A DNA stretch of 64,000 bases, from contig JAGIQG010000011.1 of assembly GCA_024679065.1 (NCBI GenBank), forward strand, positions 39,680,001 through 39,744,000, given 5' to 3'. This document shows, piece by piece, positions 62,401-64,000 of this stretch. Numbering within the stretch: the stretch's first letter is position 1; each line of letters starts with the position of its first letter. The notes beneath the pieces are model-generated. The model had not been told where the DNA came from. It saw nothing but the letters and a program-made list of their open reading frames with translations, and did no database searches. The DNA is from Sphyrna mokarran (taxonomy: Eukaryota). The position numbers and the translations under genes are program-made.

Positions 62401-64000
62401 TGGCAGACCTGATCCAGTAATCACATGGCAGAAGGGTCAAGACCTTATTGATAATAATGGTCATTACCAAGTAATAGTAACAAGATCATTTACATCTCTT
62501 GTATTCCCCAATGGAGTTGACAGGAAAGATGCTGGTTTCTATGTTGTATGTGCCAAGAATCGATTTGGTATAGATCAACAAACAGTTGAATTGGATGTGG
62601 CTGATGTACCTGATATGCCAAGAGGACTTCAAGTTAGTGACATTACACGTGATTCTGTTGTATTAACATGGAATCCTCCAGCTAATGATGGTGGAAGCAA
62701 AGTCATTAACTATGTCATTGAAAAATGTGCAACAACTGCAGAGATGTGGATTCGAGTTGCACAGTCACGTGACACTCATTACACTGTTGTGAATCTTTTC
62801 GGCAAGACCAGCTACCAGTTCCGTGTGATTGCTGAGAACAAGTTTGGCCAGAGCCTGCCATCAGAGCCAACTGATCCTATAGTCACCAAAGAAGACAAGA
62901 CAAGAGTTATGAACTACGATGAACAGGTTGATGAATCAATTGAAATTACCAAAAGCAAAGCTACCCATTCCACTATTAAGGAACTTCACAGTCGATACTC
63001 AATTGCTGAAGAGCTGGGACGTGGACAGTTTAGTATTGTTCATCGGTGTATCGAAAACACCAGTAAGAAAACATACATGGCGAAGTTTGTTAAAATAAAG
63101 GGTGCTGATCAGGTGCTAGTGAAGAAAGAGATTGAAATTTTCAATATTGCAAGACACAAGAATATTCTTTGGCTACATGAATCATTTGAGAGCCTTGAAG
63201 AACTGGTCATGGTCTTTGAGTTCATTTCAGGCCTTGACATCTTCGAGCGCATCAATACAACCAACTTTGAACTGAACGAAAGGGAAGTTATTATCTACAC
63301 CCGCCAGATCTGTGAAGCACTCGAATTTCTACACAGTCAGAATGTTGGCCTTTTTGACATCAAACCAGAAAATATAATCTACACCACAAGAAAGAGCTCT
63401 TTTCTTAAGATTGTTGAACTTGGACAGGCCAGACAACTCAAACCTGGTGACAACATTAGAATCCAATTCACTGCTGCAGAGTATGCAGCACCTGAACTCC
63501 ATCAACATGATATGGTCAGTGCAGCTACTGACATGTGGTCAGTCGGTGCGCTTGTCTATGTACTTCTTAGTGGTCTAAATCCATTTATTGCTGAAACAAA
63601 CCAACAGGTTATTGAAAACATTATTAGAGTACAATACAACTTTGAGGATGAAGTTTTTAAAGATATCTCCACTGAAGCTCTAGACTTTGTCGATCGCCTG
63701 TTGGTCAAAGAAAGGAAGGCTCGGATGACAGCTGCTGATGCTCTTGAACATCCATGGTTGAAACAGAAGACAGAAAAAATGAGCACCAAAGTGATTAAGA
63801 CTTTGAGACATAGAAGATACTATCAAACCCTAGTTAAGAAAGAATTAAATGTTGTTGTTTCTGTAGCTCGAATTTCTTCTGGTGGAGCTGTTAGAGCCCA
63901 CAGGGGAGTTACAGTTGCCAAGGTTAAGATAGCTCCAATTGAAATTGGACCACTTACTGGACAAATAATGCACGCTTCTGCTGAAGAAGGTGGTCATGTT
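1..64000 (+). CDS. TTN: Titin, partial multi-exon gene: A-band end of D-zone, C-zone, P-zone, titin kinase and start of M-band (55 exons in window)
   Basis: Spliced frame is open throughout. It gives Ig-Fn-Fn-Ig-Fn-Fn-Fn, then 11x Ig-Fn-Fn-Ig-Fn-Fn-Fn-Ig-Fn-Fn-Fn, then Ig-Ig-Fn-Fn-Ig-Ig-Fn-kinase, with typical titin motifs (PGPP, WxxPxxDGGSxIxGYxVEKRE, YxFRVxAEN) and the titin kinase sequence. All introns are GT..AG, phase 1. Confidence 0.99.
1686..2006 (+). CDS. TTN: TTN exon (~305): Fn3 A42
   Basis: cacag|AACCT acceptor, EPPGPP...KEIL, donor G|GTAGGC. Confidence 0.93.
2124..2408 (+). CDS. TTN: TTN exon (~306): Ig A43, start of C-zone super-repeat 1
   Basis: poly-T cag acceptor, EPPEIDLDA...VKVL, donor G|GTGAGT. 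Confidence 0.93.
2460..3365 (+). mobile_element. Old degenerate CR1-type LINE, ORF2 endonuclease to early RT fragment
   Basis: ORF 2457..2672 ([15 protein letters not shown]...LQDLVLG...GKHL) resembles the CR1 endonuclease C-terminus; ggcaattacagactagtcagttt resembles GNYRPVSL; many stops and frameshifts. Confidence 0.7.
3470..3810 (+). mobile_element. CR1 LINE 3' end, interrupted by a MITE-like insert
   Basis: Degenerate RNFFSxRVxNxWNSL...IFKxELxR coding tail and 3' UTR gcatggcctactcctgctcct. Confidence 0.75.
3550..3661. mobile_element. 112-bp MITE-like element with 14-bp terminal inverted repeats
   Basis: gggtgaaattttcc ... ggaaaactccaccc (12/14 complementary); removing it restores CR1 sequence with an aga/ata 3-bp target duplication. 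Confidence 0.65.
3910..4209 (+). CDS. TTN: TTN exon (~307): Fn3 A44
   Basis: ttttag|AT, DTPGP...RDPI, donor A|GTGAGT. Confidence 0.93.
4354..4656 (+). CDS. TTN: TTN exon (~308): Fn3 A45
   Basis: tttag|GT, SEPDPP...KEQL, donor A|GTAAGT. Confidence 0.93.
5113..5189. repeat. (CA)n microsatellite, interrupted
   Basis: Direct inspection. Confidence 0.97.
5300..5750 (-). mobile_element. Degenerate tRNA-derived SINE (DeuSINE-like)
   Basis: Reverse-oriented tRNA head (gttcaagtcctggagtggagctgaatcc) and a ttaacatct...ggcatctcaaacaatccagcact segment resembling the reverse Deu domain (from memory). Confidence 0.5.
5405..5545. mobile_element. MITE-like element, same family as 3550-3661
   Basis: ggccgggattctc ... 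gagaattacagcc imperfect TIR (10/13); shares internal gctggg...gtgaatgga..ttt with the 3550 copy. Confidence 0.55.
6016..6291 (+). CDS. TTN: TTN exon (~309): Ig A46
   Basis: aatag|TG, MPPKII...VVIM, donor G|GTGTGT. Confidence 0.9.
6316..7930 (-). mobile_element. CR1-type LINE, 5'-truncated and degenerate
   Basis: Minus ORFs 6582..6764 ([28 protein letters not shown]) and 7012..7278 ([10 protein letters not shown]); (aatcatag)2 3' tail at 6316. Confidence 0.9.
7112..7209. mobile_element. Penelope-like terminal-repeat fragment with internal inversion, inserted into the CR1
   Basis: 15-bp target duplication attgaattccatttg at 7097-7111 and 7210-7224; the left part is the reverse complement of the element end seen at 16120-16155 and 51157-51190. 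Confidence 0.7.
8071..8370 (+). CDS. TTN: TTN exon (~310): Fn3 A47
   Basis: tttcag|[12 protein letters not shown]...AQYQF, donor G|GTAAGC; not listed in + ORF track. Confidence 0.93.
8466..8768 (+). CDS. TTN: TTN exon (~311): Fn3 A48
   Basis: tacag|AT, DVPSEP...RTAV, donor G|GTAAGT. Confidence 0.93.
8888..9187 (+). CDS. TTN: TTN exon (~312): Fn3 A49
   Basis: aacag|AT, DPPGKP...TEH, donor G|GTATGA. Confidence 0.92.
9329..9616 (+). CDS. TTN: TTN exon (~313): Ig A50
   Basis: tacag|TT, VAPRIDL...LKVL, donor G|GTAAAA. Confidence 0.92.
9839..10135 (+). CDS. TTN: TTN exon (~314): Fn3 A51
   Basis: catag|AT, DKPGPP...KNPY, donor A|GTAAGT. Confidence 0.93.
10227..10529 (+). CDS. TTN: TTN exon (~315): Fn3 A52
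   Basis: tacag|AT, NVPGPC...LDPQ, donor T|GTAAGC. Confidence 0.93.
10652..10957 (+). CDS. TTN: TTN exon (~316): Fn3 A53
   Basis: ttcag|AT, YPPGPP...KDIL, donor A|GTAAGT. Confidence 0.93.
11052..11185 (+). mobile_element. Degenerate short repeat, probably a second Penelope-like terminal-repeat family with a decayed hammerhead
   Basis: ctaatga-aa-GGTC-atc-GACC hairpin followed by gttaactctg...gatgctgc-like...ttccagcatttt...gcagcatttgcagtattttg; family assignment from memory. Confidence 0.45.
11399..11426. repeat. (CA)n microsatellite
   Basis: Direct inspection. Confidence 0.95.
12178..12465 (+). CDS. TTN: TTN exon (~317): Ig A54, start of C-zone repeat 2
   Basis: aacag|[11 protein letters not shown]...VKVL, donor G|GTAAGT. 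Confidence 0.93.
12586..12876 (+). CDS. TTN: TTN exon (~318): Fn3 A55
   Basis: attag|AT, DTPGPP...VKAS, donor G|GTAAGG. Confidence 0.93.
12980..13267 (+). CDS. TTN: TTN exon (~319): Fn3 A56
   Basis: tatag|AA, EEPGP...KDQV, donor G|GTGAGT. Confidence 0.9.
13499..14104 (+). mobile_element. Young 5'-truncated CR1 LINE (ORF2 C-terminus, 3' UTR and tail)
   Basis: Uninterrupted 173-aa ORF ([55 protein letters not shown]); tail gttctatgttctatgtt. Confidence 0.95.
14105..14645 (+). mobile_element. Older CR1 LINE 3' fragment (host of the young copy; its left stub is at ~13471-13498)
   Basis: ORF 14119..14307 ([26 protein letters not shown]), frameshifted; CR1-like 3' UTR ending tgtatgactcta. Confidence 0.85.
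14650..15310. repeat. G/A-rich low-complexity, degenerate minisatellite-like tract
   Basis: Recurring ggagggtcaggg / gagtcag units with strong purine skew on the + strand. Confidence 0.6.
16024..16064 (+). ncRNA. Minimal type-I hammerhead ribozyme-like motif (A13G variant, probably inactive)
   Basis: Perfect 6-bp stem I and 5-bp stem II around CUGANGA; GGAA replaces GAAA; UC cleavage site at 16057-16058. Confidence 0.7.
16024..16160 (+). mobile_element. Penelope-like terminal repeat with a hammerhead ribozyme fold at its 5' end
   Basis: atttgc-CTGACGA-a-gacac-aga-gtgtc-GGAA-gc-TC-gcaaat, then caaataaa..gttgga...cagtccaacgccggcatctc shared with the 51082 and 7112 copies. Confidence 0.75.
16388..17030 (+). 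mobile_element. Old CR1 3' fragment split by the V-SINE
   Basis: Degenerate FKMINGF..VD..KLFSL.EES|KTR.HNLKIR...NSLP.K coding tail on both sides of the SINE. Confidence 0.6.
16465..16753 (+). mobile_element. tRNA-derived V-SINE (HE1-like)
   Basis: A-box/B-box head (tggcaagtgattagc; ggttcaacccgg), V-domain tgtggagtttgcacatt..cccgtgtctgc, then gattggccatgctaaattg and tail gggattctat. Confidence 0.85.
17380..17967 (+). CDS. TTN: TTN exon (~320): Ig A57 + Fn3 A58
   Basis: aacag|TA, VPPNLDL...KHPF, donor G|GTAAGC. Confidence 0.93.
18061..18165 (+). CDS. TTN: TTN exon (~321): N-terminal part of Fn3 A59
   Basis: ctcaag|[11 protein letters not shown]...GGSPIT, donor G|GTACAA. Confidence 0.9.
18252..18449 (+). 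CDS. TTN: TTN exon (~322): C-terminal part of Fn3 A59
   Basis: accag|[13 protein letters not shown]...LDPI, donor G|GTACGT. Confidence 0.9.
18544..18840 (+). CDS. TTN: TTN exon (~323): Fn3 A60
   Basis: ttcag|AT, DPPGKP...QDEY, donor G|GTGTGT. Confidence 0.92.
18928..19515 (+). CDS. TTN: TTN exon (~324): Ig A61 + Fn3 A62
   Basis: cgcag|TG, VAPTII...VDSF, donor G|GTAATC. Confidence 0.93.
19631..19933 (+). CDS. TTN: TTN exon (~325): Fn3 A63
   Basis: ttcag|GT, GPPGPP...KDVA, donor T|GTAAGT. Confidence 0.93.
20048..37153 (+). CDS. TTN: TTN giant exon, 17,106 bp (~human exon 326): 58 Ig/Fn3 domains A64-A121, including five complete C-zone super-repeats
   Basis: Within the 5723-aa ORF 20020..37191; acceptor tacag|AT, donor G|GTAATT after GVKVT; about 3.25-kb periodicity. 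Confidence 0.97.
37596..37810 (-). mobile_element. V-SINE (HE1-like) 3' half
   Basis: catagaaaccatagaatccct tail; gcatggccaatcca...gcacatctttg is the reverse complement of the body of the 16465 copy. Confidence 0.8.
38290..38586 (+). CDS. TTN: TTN exon (~327): Fn3 A122
   Basis: tccag|AA, EKPSTP...KEQL, donor G|GTTAGT. Confidence 0.92.
38734..39321 (+). CDS. TTN: TTN exon (~328): Ig A123 + Fn3 A124
   Basis: ttcag|AA, ESPEIDM...KLPY, donor A|GTAAGT. Confidence 0.93.
39424..39726 (+). CDS. TTN: TTN exon (~329): Fn3 A125
   Basis: tccag|CA, TTPGPP...IDPC, donor G|GTATGT. Confidence 0.93.
39855..40151 (+). CDS. TTN: TTN exon (~330): Fn3 A126
   Basis: ctcag|AA, EIPTNL...HDTF, donor G|GTAACT. Confidence 0.92.
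40249..40536 (+). CDS. TTN: TTN exon (~331): Ig A127
   Basis: catag|GT, GAPAIDM...LLVL, donor G|GTACAT. Confidence 0.92.
40630..40929 (+). CDS. TTN: TTN exon (~332): Fn3 A128
   Basis: cacag|AC, DKPGPP...KNAF, donor G|GTAAGA. Confidence 0.93.
41014..41316 (+). CDS. TTN: TTN exon (~333): Fn3 A129
   Basis: aatag|TT, VTPGQP...ADPI, donor G|GTATGT. Confidence 0.93.
41421..41726 (+). CDS. TTN: TTN exon (~334): Fn3 A130
   Basis: tgcag|AC, DQPGQP...KDIL, donor G|GTAAGT. Confidence 0.93.
41833..43599 (+). CDS. TTN: TTN exon (~335), 1767 bp: Ig-Fn-Fn-Ig-Fn-Fn A131-A136
   Basis: tgcag|AA, EEPEIDL...VSPV, donor G|GTAAGT; overlaps ORF 42063..43607. Confidence 0.94.
43708..44001 (+). CDS. TTN: TTN exon (~336): Fn3 A137
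   Basis: atcag|AT, DPPGMP...RDES, donor A|GTAAGT. Confidence 0.93.
44120..44407 (+). CDS. TTN: TTN exon (~337): Ig A138
   Basis: tacag|TT, IAPSIEF...IRVQ, donor G|GTATTT. Confidence 0.92.
44541..44840 (+). CDS. TTN: TTN exon (~338): Fn3 A139
   Basis: tttag|AT, DTPGPP...QIPY, donor A|GTACGT. Confidence 0.92.
44965..47031 (+). CDS. TTN: TTN exon (~339), 2067 bp: Fn-Fn-Ig-Fn-Fn-Ig-Fn A140-A146
   Basis: cacag|CT, TVPDEP...EHPF, donor G|GTAAGT; overlaps ORF 45102..47039. Confidence 0.94.
47144..47446 (+). CDS. TTN: TTN exon (~340): Fn3 A147
   Basis: tgtag|TT, VPPSPP...QNPV, donor G|GTAAGT. Confidence 0.93.
47559..47864 (+). CDS. TTN: TTN exon (~341): Fn3 A148
   Basis: taaag|AT (AAG acceptor), DPPGQP...KDEY, donor G|GTATGC. 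Confidence 0.9.
47972..48262 (+). CDS. TTN: TTN exon (~342): Ig A149
   Basis: ttcag|CT, APPNAEL...VKVL, donor G|GTAAGT. Confidence 0.93.
48371..48670 (+). CDS. TTN: TTN exon (~343): Fn3 A150
   Basis: tttag|AT, DSPGPC...RNSF, donor A|GTGAGT. Confidence 0.93.
48785..49090 (+). CDS. TTN: TTN exon (~344): Fn3 A151
   Basis: aacag|CA, TIPSPP...KEPT, donor T|GTAAGC. Confidence 0.92.
49185..49490 (+). CDS. TTN: TTN exon (~345): Fn3 A152
   Basis: gacag|AT, YVPAAP...VERI, donor G|GTAAGC. Confidence 0.91.
49753..50034 (+). CDS. TTN: TTN exon (~346): Ig A153, start of C-zone repeat 11
   Basis: tctag|AA, EMPDLEL...VKVY, donor G|GTAAGT. Confidence 0.93.
50147..50740 (+). CDS. TTN: TTN exon (~347): Fn3 A154-A155
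   Basis: cttag|AT, DTPGPP...KDQR, donor G|GTATGT. Confidence 0.93.
50783..51263 (-). mobile_element. tRNA-derived SINE with LINE-like tail, interrupted by a Penelope-like insert
   Basis: Reverse tRNA head at the right end (B-box reverse complement ggaatttgaac ~51054); reverse tail ggccagcatttattgtccatccctaat at the left. Confidence 0.75.
51082..51192 (+). mobile_element. 5'-truncated Penelope-like terminal repeat with a partial hammerhead
   Basis: 12-bp target duplication ccccagagaatt at 51070-51081 and 51193-51204; ggggc-agt-gctcc-GAAA-gc-TC; caaataaacctgttggac...gtccaacgctggcatctc. Confidence 0.8.
51360..51647 (+). CDS. TTN: TTN exon (~348): Ig A156
   Basis: aacag|TG, VIPKIDL...VIIL, donor G|GTAAGT. 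Confidence 0.93.
51811..52110 (+). CDS. TTN: TTN exon (~349): Fn3 A157
   Basis: ttcag|AT, DKPGIP...KSAI, donor A|GTAAGT. Confidence 0.93.
52685..52875. repeat. C-rich low-complexity tract
   Basis: Recurring ccccatcc / ctccaac / cactcacc units. Confidence 0.55.
54310..54470 (+). mobile_element. Short degenerate CR1 3' end
   Basis: VIEA..TVNFKM.LDKY-like tail, then ggccaaatg...cctatgctgtatcatt. Confidence 0.5.
54889..55191 (+). CDS. TTN: TTN exon (~350): Fn3 A158
   Basis: aatag|GT, SVPAPP...MDPI, donor G|GTAATG. Confidence 0.93.
57086..57388 (+). CDS. TTN: TTN exon (~351): Fn3 A159
   Basis: tgtag|AA, EPPGKP...TEML, donor G|GTGAGA. Confidence 0.93.
57833..58680 (-). mobile_element. Relatively young 5'-truncated CR1 LINE
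   Basis: Uninterrupted minus ORF 58018..58620 ([11 protein letters not shown]...[17 protein letters not shown]...[12 protein letters not shown]...[14 protein letters not shown]); 3' tail near 57835. Confidence 0.95.
58803..59387 (+). CDS. TTN: TTN exon (~352): Ig A160 + Fn3 A161
   Basis: tccag|AA, EYPDYEL...KTPL, donor A|GTAAGT. Confidence 0.93.
59497..59802 (+). CDS. TTN: TTN exon (~353): Fn3 A162
   Basis: tctag|[12 protein letters not shown]...KDPF, donor G|GTAAGT. Confidence 0.93.
59959..60258 (+). CDS. TTN: TTN exon (~354): Fn3 A163
   Basis: cacag|AT, DKPSQP...TKLT, donor T|GTATGT. Confidence 0.93.
60351..60926 (+). CDS. TTN: TTN exon (~355): Ig A164-A165 (P-zone)
   Basis: aacag|CT, SGEEPC...VEIQ, donor G|GTAATC. 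Confidence 0.93.
61011..61316 (+). CDS. TTN: TTN exon (~356): Fn3 A166
   Basis: tatag|AT, DKPAMP...KSPF, donor G|GTAAGT. Confidence 0.93.
61406..61999 (+). CDS. TTN: TTN exon (~357): Fn3 A167 + Ig A168
   Basis: tatag|AG, EKPGPP...LDVD, donor G|GTATGT. Confidence 0.93.
62307..64000 (+). CDS. TTN: TTN exon (~358, Mex1; runs off window): Ig A169, Fn3 A170, NL linker, titin kinase, regulatory tail, start of M1
   Basis: poly-T tccag|TT; hand translation [15 protein letters not shown]...MNYDEQVDE...[12 protein letters not shown]...YMAKFVK...HPWLKQ...RHRRYYQTL...AEEGGHV with no stop; absent from the ORF track, presumably because it is open-ended. Confidence 0.96.
62996..63760 (+). other. TTN: Titin kinase (CAMK-group pseudokinase) domain coding segment
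   Basis: GRGQFS 63017, YMAK 63074, LFDIKPEN 63350, ELG 63416, APE 63488, DMWSVG, HPWL 63749. Confidence 0.95.

Noticed and set aside
785-63789. Dozens of minus-strand and alternate-frame ORFs (60-190 aa) overlapping titin exons
   Set aside because: They are shadows of titin codon usage, recur at equivalent positions of each super-repeat and show no independent protein features.

Overview
The whole window lies inside one + strand gene, titin (TTN), from a vertebrate. The intronic repeat families (CR1 LINEs, V-SINE/HE1-like SINEs, DeuSINE-like elements) suggest a cartilaginous fish. I resolved 55 coding exons (about 40.9 kb CDS, about 13,600 aa, open at both window edges), separated by 54 GT-AG phase-1 introns. 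They encode the last 7-domain D-zone super-repeat, all eleven 11-domain C-zone Ig/Fn3 super-repeats, the P-zone, the titin kinase and the start of M1 (A36-A170-TK-M1). Exon order matches human TTN exons 304-358 as I recall them, including a 17,106-bp giant exon (20048-37153). The larger introns hold nested transposon relics. The most notable observations are (i) Penelope-like terminal repeats carrying hammerhead-ribozyme folds, sense to the titin pre-mRNA, each with a lesion in the catalytic core, and (ii) a titin pseudokinase with extra motif changes (LFD, ELG, and Ala at the regulatory Tyr170 position). Exon and domain numbers are inferred by counting from recalled human landmarks; no database search was run.
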